A stretch of DNA of 64,000 nt from Myxococcota bacterium (GTDB lineage Bacteria; Myxococcota_A; UBA9160; UBA6930): contig OZ245002.1 of assembly GCA_965223415.1 (NCBI GenBank), positions 256,001 to 320,000 on the forward strand, given 5' to 3'. The position numbers and the translations under genes were made by a program. Below the pieces are notes generated by a model. That model searched no databases. It saw only the letters and a list, made by a program, of their open reading frames with translations, and was not told the DNA's origin. Of this stretch, positions 22,300 through 30,821 are shown piece by piece. Within the stretch, counting starts at the first letter, position 1, and the number at the start of each line of letters is the position of its first letter.

Positions 22300-22325
22300 C
22301 TGAATTCTTAACTCCGGCCCCGCTT
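22254..22325. repeat. Perfect 34-bp-arm palindrome, family A
   Basis: AAGCGGGGCCGGAGTTAAGAATTCAGTTACCCCC-TTCG-reverse complement; contains the stops of both flanking convergent genes. Confidence 0.9.
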
Positions 22326-23387
22326 TCCGAGCAGGTTGAGCTTGAAGCGGCGGATGACGTCGGGGGGGATGCGGTTGCCCTGCGTGTCCTCGAAGAAGAG
22401 CGCGTCCTTGGGGCACTGGACGATGCAGGCGCCGCAGCGGATGCAGCGATCGTCGTGGGCGAGCGCCACCTTGCGCTCCGGCCCGAGCTTCTCGAAGCAC
22501 GCCTCGGGACAGACCTCCCAGCAGCGGTAGACGCCCTCACAGCGCTCCGCGTCGAGGGTGATGCGGTGGCCACGGTCGTCGAAGTGGCTGCCGCCGGCGA
22601 TCGGCGTGCTGCCGTCGTAGTCGAAGGTGAGGAGTGCGGTCAGGCCGAGGGGCGCCAGGACGGCGGCGACGAGAGCGCCGGTGCCCCCGCCGGCGAGGAG
22701 CGTCCCGCCCACGGCGATGGCGAGACTCGCGGCGGCCAGGACGAGGCGCCGGGCGGAGCCGAGACGGTCGTAGAGGGCGAAGACCGCCACGGCCATCGCG
22801 ACGACGCCGGCGACGAGGGGAAGCGCCCAGGCCGGGCGAAGCGCCAGGGCCAGGCCCCCGAGCAGGACCGCGGTCGGGAACGCCCAGGCCGCGGCCATCT
22901 CGAGCCGCTCCCGGGCGCCGAAGCGGACCCTGCGCATGGCATCGGTCTTCTCGCCGGCGGCGAGATAGGCGGGCAGGTCCTCGGCCTGGACCGGACCGAA
23001 GGCGACCTGCCAGCGGCAGCGCCGGAACACGTCCAGGGCGAGGGCGCCGGTGGCGGCGAGCTGGGGCAGGATCACGCGCCGGTGGGTGACGCGCTCGGCG
23101 ATGCCGCAGGTCTTGAGCGCGGTCACGACCTGATGGGTGGAGAAGTGGCCGCCGGAGGCCGCGCACCAGACGTTGATGCCGCCGGAGGGAGCCACGACCA
23201 CCCAGGCGTCGTGGCTGGGCAGGGCGCGCATCACCCGCCGCACCGTCAGGTCGTAGTTGCCCGTGAGCACCACGGGGCTCGTCTCGTCCGGGTGCCCCAC
23301 CTGGCGCAGGCCGGGCTCGGTGGGCCACGGCACCAGGCGGAGGCCGGCCTGGGCCGCGTCGCGAAGCAGCTCTCCGACCCGGCTCAC
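22308..23387 (-). CDS. HgcAB-like fusion: CdhD-type corrinoid-binding domain + TM helices + 4Fe-4S ferredoxin
   Basis: PVVLTGNYDLT, GINVWCAASGG cap-helix motif, HRRVILPQLAATG, FGPV.A.DLP, TM block, CEGVYRCWEVCP and CIRCGACIVQCP. Confidence 0.85.
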   Translation of the reverse strand: MSRVGELLRDAAQAGLRLVPWPTEPGLRQVGHPDETSPVVLTGNYDLTVRRVMRALPSHDAWVVVAPSGGINVWCAASGGHFSTHQVVTALKTCGIAERVTHRRVILPQLAATGALALDVFRRCRWQVAFGPVQAEDLPAYLAAGEKTDAMRRVRFGARERLEMAAAWAFPTAVLLGGLALALRPAWALPLVAGVVAMAVAVFALYDRLGSARRLVLAAASLAIAVGGTLLAGGGTGALVAAVLAPLGLTALLTFDYDGSTPIAGGSHFDDRGHRITLDAERCEGVYRCWEVCPEACFEKLGPERKVALAHDDRCIRCGACIVQCPKDALFFEDTQGNRIPPDVIRRFKLNLLGKRGRS

Positions 23388-24055
23388 GGGGCGGGCTCCG
23401 CAACGTACAGGGCCAGCGTGCCCGCGAGCCAGTGCTCCTCGTCGCACGGGACGAAGCCAGCGGCCCGCAGCTCGCCCTCCAGATCCGCCAGCGGGCTCGA
23501 GACCGAGCCGACGAGCAGCCAGCCGAGCGCCGCCAGGGGGAGACGACCGAGCCGCTGCAGCACGCCGCGCAGTCCCGGCGCGCGCACCTCGTCCGCCGCA
23601 ACGACCCGCCCGCCCGGCGCCAGCCGCGCCACACACTCGCGCAGCACGTAGGCCCGCTCGCTCGTCGACATGTCGGAGAGGCAGAGGCTCAGGACCACCG
23701 CGTCGTAGCCGGCCGCAGGAAGGCGATCGATCTCGGCGGCGGTCTGTTCGAGCCACGTGACCTTCTCGCCCTCCGGCTCCGCAGCGCCGGCTCGGCCGAG
23801 GCGAGCCCCGGCCTGCTCGAGCATCTCCGGCGACGCGTCGAGCGCCGTGACACGCGCCCCGGCCCCGACCAGGCGCTCGGTCACCGCGCCGGTGCCGCAG
23901 CCGATCTCGAGCACGCGCGCCCGCGGGCGCTGCACGCTGGCGGCCGCCACCGCGTCGTGCAGGCGCGTGACCCGGCCCAGGGTGAGCGCGCGCATGCCCG
24001 CGTCGTAGCGCCCCGGCGTGGCCTCGAGCAGACGCATGAGCGCGAGCGAGCTCAC
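23384..24055 (-). CDS. Class I SAM methyltransferase associated with the corrinoid protein
   Basis: RYDAGMRALTLG, VLEIGCGTG, LDASPEML; GTGA overlaps with both neighbours. Confidence 0.82.
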   Translation of the reverse strand: MSSLALMRLLEATPGRYDAGMRALTLGRVTRLHDAVAAASVQRPRARVLEIGCGTGAVTERLVGAGARVTALDASPEMLEQAGARLGRAGAAEPEGEKVTWLEQTAAEIDRLPAAGYDAVVLSLCLSDMSTSERAYVLRECVARLAPGGRVVAADEVRAPGLRGVLQRLGRLPLAALGWLLVGSVSSPLADLEGELRAAGFVPCDEEHWLAGTLALYVAEPAP

Positions 24056-24633
24056 GGCCGCAGGACCCGGTGAGCGGCCTCGCGTAGTGCCGCGGCCAGC
24101 GCCTCCGGCGCCGGCAGCGCGCCCGGGTCGGCGAAGTACTGGAGCAGGAGCCCGTCGATGGCGCCGATCAGGATCGACGCCTGGAGGCTCGCGTCGGTGG
24201 AGGCCGCCATGCTGCCCTCCGCCTGGCCCTCCTCGATCACCCGGGCCAGCTCGGCGCGGAGACTCGCGAAGGTTCCGCGCAGGAGATCGACGCTGCCGAT
24301 CCGGAGGTCGAGGATCATGCGCCCGAACTCCGCCCACTCCGGGAAGAGCGCCGCGCAGGCGGCCAGCAGGGCGTCGATCCGCTCGAAGGGCGTTCCGCCT
24401 CCGGCGAGCCGGGCCCGGAAGAGCTGCTGCTCCTGCTCCAGGACCTCCTGCACGAGGTCCGCGAGCAGCGACTCCTTGTCCGGGTAGTAGTGGTAGAGGC
24501 TGGAGCGGCCCATGCCGGCGGCCTCGGCCACGCGGCCGAGCCCGGTCCCCCGCACGCCGCGCTCGGCGAAGACGCTCCGGGCGGCGGCCCGGATCTCCTC
24601 CCGTTGGGCGGCGGGATCGACCTGCTTCGGCAT
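24052..24633 (-). CDS. TetR/AcrR family transcriptional regulator
   Basis: AA..VFAERG..GT...VAEAAGM.RSSLYHYYPDKE HTH. Confidence 0.93.
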   Translation of the reverse strand: MPKQVDPAAQREEIRAAARSVFAERGVRGTGLGRVAEAAGMGRSSLYHYYPDKESLLADLVQEVLEQEQQLFRARLAGGGTPFERIDALLAACAALFPEWAEFGRMILDLRIGSVDLLRGTFASLRAELARVIEEGQAEGSMAASTDASLQASILIGAIDGLLLQYFADPGALPAPEALAAALREAAHRVLRP

Positions 24634-24649
24634 GGGCTCCTCGGTGTTT

Positions 24650-24686
24650 TCGACAGTCTAGTCGATATCGACAGATCTGTCGATAT
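24650..24686. promoter_or_regulatory. Tandem TetR-type operator
   Basis: Perfect 22-bp palindrome ATATCGACAGATCTGTCGATAT (24665-24686) plus adjacent TCGAC-N6-GTCGA copy (24650-24665), upstream of tetR. Confidence 0.75.
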
Positions 24687-24728
24687 TGCCGCTCAATCGA
24701 AGGCCCGGAAAGACCGATTCGGAGAGCG

Positions 24729-27329
24729 ATGGGGAACGGCTCCGGAAGGACGTGCGGCCCGGCCACCTGGGCGCTCGCCCTCGCGCTGACGTGCGCGAGC
24801 GTGGGCGCGAGTGCTCCCGCGTGGGGCGACGAGGCGGCCTCCTCGCGCTCCGTGGACGCCCTCCAGGCCGAGGCGGCGCGCTACCAGCGCGAGGGGCGTT
24901 GGGAGGAGGCGGAAGCGACCCTCAAGGAGGCGATCGCCCGAGCGCCGGGGCGCAAGGAGCTCTACGAGGCACTGGCGGACGTGCACCTCCGGGAGGGCAA
25001 GGCGCCGACACCGGAGAGCGTCGCCGAGACCGCAGAGCCCGCCGCGCCGCGCCCGCCGGAGACCTCCCTCGATACCCTGCTTCGCCAGGTGGAAGCGCTC
25101 GGTGCGGACCAGGCCGAGCTCGCCGTGCTGGTGGCGGTCGGGCTACTGGTCCTGCTCGTGCTGGTCATGGGCCTTCGCGCCGTGCTGCGGCGTCCGGCCC
25201 AGCTCGCCGTGGAGATCGATCTCCCGCCGGGCCGCGGCGGCACCTTCTGCGTACGGCTCGCGAAGCAGCGTCCCCCCGCGCGGCGCCTCGATCCGGACTT
25301 CCGGCCGGCGGAGCGGAGCTCGACCCCCCTGGAACACTACGGGGTCTCGCGGGAGACGCTCTTCCAGGACGTGCCGACCCGCGGCGGGTGGGTGGTGCTC
25401 GAAGGCCGCCTGTCCGACGGCGAGGTCGTGGCCCGGGAGATCGAGGTGCTGCCGACCGCGGGCAGCGTCGCGAGGGTGAAGTTCGACCTGGCGCCGGAGG
25501 CGTGCGTCATCGACGTGCAGCTCCGCCACGACCAGCGACGCATCGAAGGGCACGTGGCCGTGGCCGGGGATCCGGACTCCCTGCGTCGCTCCAAGCACGG
25601 AACCGTGCGGCTGCGGCTCCCGCCGGGCCGTCACCAGCTGCTCGCGGCCGGCGAAGGCTGCGGCGCCGAGCGGGCGATCGAGATCGAGGACTTCGCACCC
25701 GTCAGCCTGGAATGGAACTTCGGCGAAGGGGCCGAGCTGCTGTTCTCCGATTGCGACGAGGCGGTGCTCCCGTTCTTGCGCGGCGATCTCTCGGTGGCGG
25801 CCGGCGCCTTGGAACGGGCGGGCCAGGCGGAGCGCGGCGCGCTCCTGGAGGCGCGCTTCCACCGGGACCGCGGCGCCGTGGATCGCGCGGTCGAGCGCTT
25901 CGAGCAGGCGGGCCGGCGGCTCGAGGCCGCCGAGCTGCTGGCCGAGAACGGGCGTTTCGAGGACGCGGCGCGGCGCTTCGAACAGGCCGGCGACCTCGAG
26001 CGCGCGGCGGAGATGTTCAACGCCGAGGGCGATCTGCTGCGCGCGGCCAAGGCCTACATGGATGCGGACGACCTGGAATCGGCCATCGTCTGCTGCCGCG
26101 AGGCCGGAGACGTGCCCCTCCTGATCGACGTGCTCGAGAAGAAGGGCGACCACTTCGAAGCCGGCCAGCTGGCCATGGATCGGAACGACGTGGAGCGGGC
26201 GATCCGGAACTTCCAGCGGGTCGACGCACGCCACGAGCAGTACTTCCAGGCTTGCCGCATCCTCGCCGAGGCCTTCGAGAAGCAGGGCAAGGACGAGCTG
26301 GCCATCCAGAAGGCGGACGAAGCGGTGAGCATCCGCAGCGCCGACGAGCTGACGCCGAAGCTGCGGGTGTGGCACGCGAACCTGCTCGACCGGGCCGGCC
26401 GCCCGGACCGTGCGGTGAAGCTCCTGCAGGCGCTGCGCGACGAGCTGCCGGAGCGCATGCCGAACCTGGACACCCACATCGAGGCGGTGCGGCGCCGGGC
26501 GGAGGAGATGTCCGCCGGCTCACTGCGCGCGTTCGGGGACGAGAGCCGGTACGAGCTCCACGAGCAGATCGGCAGCGGGGGCATGGGCGTCGTCTACCGG
26601 GCAACGGACCGGCGCCTGGGACGGGACGTGGCGCTCAAGCGACTGCCCGAGAACCTGAAGGACCATCCCAAGGCGGTGGAGCTCTTCCTCCGCGAGGCCC
26701 AGGCGGCGGCGAGCCTGAACCATCCCAACATCGTGACCGTGCACGACGTCGACGCCGAGGGCGGGGTCTACTTCATCACCATGGAGCTCCTGCGCGGCTC
26801 GAACCTGCTGCAGCTGGTGCGCGCGAAGGGGCGGCTCACCTGGGCCGACGCCGCGCGCCTCGGCATCCAGGCCGCGACGGGCCTGGGCTACGCCCACGCC
26901 CAGGGCATCATCCACCGCGACGTGAAGAGCGCGAACCTCTTCTTCACCGACGACAAGATGCTGAAGATCATGGACTTCGGTCTCGCCAAGATGGCCGCCG
27001 AGGTGCGCAAGGCCACGACCGTGACGGGCGGCACGCCCTACTACATGGCGCCGGAGCAGGGCCGCGAGGCCGACGCCGTCGACCACCGCGCCGACCTCTA
27101 CGCCCTCGGCGTGACCCTCTTCGAGCTGCTCAGCGGCCGCCGCCCCTTCGAGGAAGGCGACGTCGCCGCCCACCACCGCGACACCCCGGCCCCGGACCCC
27201 CGCATCCACGGCATCGACCTCCCCGAAGCCTTCGCCAACCTCGTCGCTCAGCTCCTCGCCAAGGACCCGGAAGCCCGCCCCGCCACCACCGACCGCCTCA
27301 TCCGCAGCCTCAAGGCGATCGTTGCGTGA
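24729..27329 (+). CDS. Membrane-anchored TPR-containing Ser/Thr protein kinase
   Basis: Signal-like N-terminus, TPR, TM helix, TPR-like repeats, then GSGGMGVVY, VALK, HRDVKSAN, DFG, GTPYYMAPE. Confidence 0.9.
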   Translation: MGNGSGRTCGPATWALALALTCASVGASAPAWGDEAASSRSVDALQAEAARYQREGRWEEAEATLKEAIARAPGRKELYEALADVHLREGKAPTPESVAETAEPAAPRPPETSLDTLLRQVEALGADQAELAVLVAVGLLVLLVLVMGLRAVLRRPAQLAVEIDLPPGRGGTFCVRLAKQRPPARRLDPDFRPAERSSTPLEHYGVSRETLFQDVPTRGGWVVLEGRLSDGEVVAREIEVLPTAGSVARVKFDLAPEACVIDVQLRHDQRRIEGHVAVAGDPDSLRRSKHGTVRLRLPPGRHQLLAAGEGCGAERAIEIEDFAPVSLEWNFGEGAELLFSDCDEAVLPFLRGDLSVAAGALERAGQAERGALLEARFHRDRGAVDRAVERFEQAGRRLEAAELLAENGRFEDAARRFEQAGDLERAAEMFNAEGDLLRAAKAYMDADDLESAIVCCREAGDVPLLIDVLEKKGDHFEAGQLAMDRNDVERAIRNFQRVDARHEQYFQACRILAEAFEKQGKDELAIQKADEAVSIRSADELTPKLRVWHANLLDRAGRPDRAVKLLQALRDELPERMPNLDTHIEAVRRRAEEMSAGSLRAFGDESRYELHEQIGSGGMGVVYRATDRRLGRDVALKRLPENLKDHPKAVELFLREAQAAASLNHPNIVTVHDVDAEGGVYFITMELLRGSNLLQLVRAKGRLTWADAARLGIQAATGLGYAHAQGIIHRDVKSANLFFTDDKMLKIMDFGLAKMAAEVRKATTVTGGTPYYMAPEQGREADAVDHRADLYALGVTLFELLSGRRPFEEGDVAAHHRDTPAPDPRIHGIDLPEAFANLVAQLLAKDPEARPATTDRLIRSLKAIVA

Positions 27330-27393
27330 GGGGCCGGTTCCGTTTGTTGCGTTGCGAAGCAACGCAACAAACGGAACCGGCCCCTTACGCAAC
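27321..27393. repeat. Long palindrome, family B
   Basis: 27-bp perfect arms AGGGGCCGGTTCCGTTTGTTGCGTTGC-GAA-rc (27329-27385), extendable by 8 bp with one mismatch; spans both convergent stop codons. Confidence 0.9.
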
Positions 27394-28353
27394 ACCGAGG
27401 CCGGCGGCCTGGCGGGCGGCTTGCAGGATGGGGGCGCTGAGCTCGCGGGCGCGGCCGGCGCCGGAGGCGAAGATGTCCTCGAGGTCGCCCGGGCGGGCGG
27501 CGAGCTCCTCGCGGCGCTCTCGCATCGGAGCGAAGGCGTCCATGATGCGCTCGAAGAGGTCCTTCTTGACGTCGCCGTAGCCGAGGCCGCCGGCCTCGGC
27601 GCGGACGAACATCTCCTCCCGCTCCGGCTTGGTCGCGAAGAGCGACCAGAGCTGGAAGAGCGTCTGGTCCGTGTCCTTCGGGTCCTCGACCGGCGTCGAA
27701 TCGGTGACGATCCCCATCACCGCCTTGCGCAGCTGCTTCTTCGGCCAGAACATGCGCAGCACGTTGCCGTAGCTCTTGCTCATCTTGCGCCCGTCCACCC
27801 CGGGCACGACCGCGACGCTCTCCAGGATGTACGGCTCCGGGAGCTGGAAGACCTCCCGGTCGTAGGCCTGGTTGAACTTCACCGCGATGTCGCGGGTCAT
27901 CTCCAGGTGCTGCTTCTGGTCCTGCCCCACCGGCACCAGCTCCGGGTTGTACTGCAGGATGTCCGCCGCCATCAGCACCGGATAGGCGAAGAGCCCGTGA
28001 TCCGGCTGGATGCCCTGGGCCACCTTGTCCTTGTAGGAGTGAGCCCGTTGCAGGAGGCCCATGGGCGTCACCGTCGTGAGCAGCCAGGTGAGCTCGCAGG
28101 TCTCCGGCACGTCCGACTGCCGGTAGAGGATCGCGGTCGACGGATCGAGGCCGCAGGCCAGGTAGTCGAGGGCCGCCTCGACCACGAGCCGCCGGCGCTC
28201 CTCCGGATCGCGCACCGACGTCATCGAGTGATAGTCGGCGACGAAATAGATGCCCTGCCCCTTCGCCTGCAGATCGACGTGCTGGCGGATCGCGCCCAGG
28301 TAGTTGCCGATGTGCTGCTCGCCGGAGGGCTGGATGCCCGAGAGGATTCGCAT
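27385..28353 (-). CDS. trpS: Tryptophan--tRNA ligase
   Basis: SGIQPSG..HIGNY, YPVLMAADIL, VPVGQDQKQH, KMSKSY. Confidence 0.96.
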   Translation of the reverse strand: MRILSGIQPSGEQHIGNYLGAIRQHVDLQAKGQGIYFVADYHSMTSVRDPEERRRLVVEAALDYLACGLDPSTAILYRQSDVPETCELTWLLTTVTPMGLLQRAHSYKDKVAQGIQPDHGLFAYPVLMAADILQYNPELVPVGQDQKQHLEMTRDIAVKFNQAYDREVFQLPEPYILESVAVVPGVDGRKMSKSYGNVLRMFWPKKQLRKAVMGIVTDSTPVEDPKDTDQTLFQLWSLFATKPEREEMFVRAEAGGLGYGDVKKDLFERIMDAFAPMRERREELAARPGDLEDIFASGAGRARELSAPILQAARQAAGLGVA

Positions 28354-28355
28354 GC

Positions 28356-29306
28356 TCACGCGTCCACGTAGTGGAGCCAGTGCTCGAAGGCCGGCTCCTT
28401 GCCCGCGACCACTTCGCGGAACTGTCGCCCGAGCGCCTGGCTCACGGGCCCCGGACACTCGCTCCCGATCTCCTGATCGTCCACCGACGCGATCGGCCAG
28501 ACGCCCGCGGTGGTCCCGGTGAGGAACGCCTCGGCCGCGCCCAGCAGGGCCTCCCGGCTGATCCGCGTCTCCTCGACGGGAATCTTGGCGTGCTGGGCCA
28601 GCGCGAGGATCGAGCGCCGCGTCACGCCGAGCAGCACCGACTCCTCGGGAGGCGTGCGCAGCACGCCCTCGCCGTCGACCAGGAAGAAGTTCGTCGTCGG
28701 CCCCTCGGCGACGAAGCCCTCCTCGTCCACCAGCAGCACCTCGTCGTAGCCGCGGCGCCGCGCCGCCCACTTCGCCGCCATCGGTGACGTGTAGTTGGCC
28801 GCCACCTTCGCGTGGGGGTGCATGATGTCCGGCCGGCGCTGCCGGCGCTCCTTCTCCAGCCACACGCGCACGGCGCCCGGCGGCGCGGGCACAGGACGCG
28901 ACTTGTGGACGAGCACGTCCGCCCGCGGGTCGAAGGCCGCCGCCGCCACCGCCACGTGATCGTCCACGGGCACCACATCCACCTCGACGGAGGGCACGTA
29001 GGCCTGCAGCTTCACCACCTTGGCGCCCGGGTTCGCGCGCACCGCCGCCTTGCAGGCCTCCGCGAGCTCCTCGGCCCCGAGCCCGAGCGGCAGCCCGACC
29101 AGCTCCGCCGAGATGAGGAAGCGCCCCACGTGGTCGGGCAGGCGGAAGATCGCCGCGCCGCGAGGGGTGACGTGGACGCTCATGAAGTCGAAGACGAGAG
29201 AGCCCCGGGCGTGGCTGTGGGAGAGCACGTGCACCGTCGCCTCGCCCCAGGGGACGAGGCGGCCGTCGAGCCAGATCTTCCGGTCCGGTTGGTGCTGGGG
29301 CGGCAT
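28356..29306 (-). CDS. Aminotransferase class IV (branched-chain amino acid aminotransferase-like)
   Basis: IWLDG, AIFRL.DH, AKVAANY, EGPTTNFF, LLGVTR, EAFLTGT. Confidence 0.88.
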   Translation of the reverse strand: MPPQHQPDRKIWLDGRLVPWGEATVHVLSHSHARGSLVFDFMSVHVTPRGAAIFRLPDHVGRFLISAELVGLPLGLGAEELAEACKAAVRANPGAKVVKLQAYVPSVEVDVVPVDDHVAVAAAAFDPRADVLVHKSRPVPAPPGAVRVWLEKERRQRRPDIMHPHAKVAANYTSPMAAKWAARRRGYDEVLLVDEEGFVAEGPTTNFFLVDGEGVLRTPPEESVLLGVTRRSILALAQHAKIPVEETRISREALLGAAEAFLTGTTAGVWPIASVDDQEIGSECPGPVSQALGRQFREVVAGKEPAFEHWLHYVDA

Positions 29307-29386
29307 GGGGTCCTCGCGGGAAGGCCGGAGGATACCGGCCGGTCCCGAGGGCGCAGCGCTCCGCCCAGCGCGCCCCGCGGGGATCC

Positions 29387-29406
29387 GAATCGGAAATTGC
29401 CGATTC
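29387..29406. promoter_or_regulatory. Near-perfect 20-bp palindrome, possible operator
   Basis: GAATCGGAAA-TTGCCGATTC (one mismatch) between divergent starts at 29306 and 29458. Confidence 0.4.
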
Positions 29407-29457
29407 CCTGCCACGTCCGCGCCCCTCCGGCCCACTCAAGGACAGGAGGCATCATCC

Positions 29458-29562
29458 ATGGCGAAGGCAATCCGCAAGGCGAGGAACGTGGTGTCGGCGA
29501 GTGCCGGCCTGTACCGGGAGCTGGCGCTCTCGGCAGCCAGCCTGCTCCAGCGCCGCGCCTAG
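29458..29562 (+). CDS. Small 34-aa basic protein of unknown function
   Basis: AGGAGG RBS 8 nt before ATG; MAKAIRKARNVVSASAGLYRELALSAASLLQRRA. Confidence 0.5.
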   Translation: MAKAIRKARNVVSASAGLYRELALSAASLLQRRA

Positions 29563-29720
29563 CGCCTCCGAGCCCCTCGGGGTTCAGGCGAGGCAGGGCC
29601 TCGCCGACAAGCTTTCCAGCGGTTCGAGCGCGTGAGCCGCGAACTCCAGCAAGCCGCCACGGTCCAACACGTGGCGGCTTTGCTATTCCCGCGCGCCGTC
29701 GAGGGCCGGGGCTCCAGGCG

Positions 29721-30047
29721 TCAGCGCGGGGCGCCCACCGCCTCCGAGGGAGGGTGGGGCTCCGCGGGCGCCGGCTCGTTCGTCGCGACCCGGGGCTCCA
29801 TCCCGACCCGCGCGACCCGCGGCCGTGCCAGCAGCGCCGGCTCGTTCGCCCGCACCCAGGTACGGGCGGCCAGGGCCAGGGCGAAGAGCAGGCAGACGCC
29901 TCCCCCCAGCACGAAGTCGTAGGGCGTCAGCCCGAGTACGGTGAAGCTCGAGCCGAGGGCGAGCCACAGGGCCTTGTGGACGAAGGCCCACATCAGCCCG
30001 GTCCAGGCGATCAGGATCAGCAGGTCGATGAGCGGCAGCACGGGCAT
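29721..30047 (-). CDS. Small hypothetical membrane protein
   Basis: MPVLPLIDLLIL... two hydrophobic helices; AGGAGG RBS upstream. Confidence 0.65.
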   Translation of the reverse strand: MPVLPLIDLLILIAWTGLMWAFVHKALWLALGSSFTVLGLTPYDFVLGGGVCLLFALALAARTWVRANEPALLARPRVARVGMEPRVATNEPAPAEPHPPSEAVGAPR

Positions 30048-30130
30048 GGCGGTGGGCCTCCTGGGCAAATCCAGCCCCTGGCGCGCGCGACGATCCCGGT
30101 TGGGCGGGGTCGATCGCCCGGCTCCCCATG

Positions 30131-30715
30131 CTACGCCCGACGCGCCCGCCGGGTCAATCGGCAGCTGGCCAGGGCGCAGAGGGCCACCGCGAGCGCGGCC
30201 AAGCCCGGCTCCGGCACCGCCGCGCCCCGCCGCAGGTCGGCCCGCAGCCGGACGGCCAGCTGGAGCCCCAACGCCTCGTCCCCCGAGGCGCCGTTGGTGC
30301 CGTTCAGGAAGAGCCACCCGTCCCGCAGCTCGCTCCCCCCGCTCGGGAAGGCGTGGTCGAGGAAGGTGAAGACGCCGTGGCCCCGGGTGAAGAGCTGGGC
30401 CACCACCCCGTCCGGGCCGCCGTGGAGATCGATCGTGCCCTTCCGCACGCGGACCCGCTCGCCCCCCTCGATCCGGAGCACGCCCCGCACGCCGACCATC
30501 CGGCCACCGAGGCGATCCCCGACCAGCTCGCCGGTCACGCCCCGCGCATCCTCGCCCTCGGTGCACACCTCCGCCCCCGCAACCCGCTCGCAGGCCGCCG
30601 AAGCGTCGTGCGCCACCCCGGGCCGCCCGGATTCGATCACCAGCCGAACCGGTACAGCCGAAGCCGACGAAGCCGCCAGCAGCCCCGCCAGAACGCACCA
30701 CCCCCGTACGCGCAT
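30131..30715 (-). CDS. PEP-CTERM exported protein
   Basis: Signal peptide; C-terminal VPEPG + hydrophobic helix + RRARRA. Confidence 0.75.
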   Translation of the reverse strand: MRVRGWCVLAGLLAASSASAVPVRLVIESGRPGVAHDASAACERVAGAEVCTEGEDARGVTGELVGDRLGGRMVGVRGVLRIEGGERVRVRKGTIDLHGGPDGVVAQLFTRGHGVFTFLDHAFPSGGSELRDGWLFLNGTNGASGDEALGLQLAVRLRADLRRGAAVPEPGLAALAVALCALASCRLTRRARRA

Positions 30716-30760
30716 GTCCCCTCCCCCGCCCTGCCTGTCGGCCGGGAGCCGCGCCCACTG

Positions 30761-30799
30761 AACGCAAGAGTGGGGACGTTCCTTGCGAATTGCGTTCTT
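30761..30799. repeat. Single unit of palindrome family C
   Basis: AACGCAAGAGTGGGGACGTTCCTTGC...TTGCGTT, matches the arms at 54607-54680. Confidence 0.75.
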
Positions 30800-30821
30800 G
30801 GGACGGGGAGTGTGGTCCGGG

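Noticed and set aside
22308..23387. Calling this a bona fide hgcA/hgcB mercury methylation locus
   Set aside because: It is a fusion with a variant motif (AASGG), lacks the HgcB C-terminal cysteines, and such fusions have not been shown to methylate Hg.
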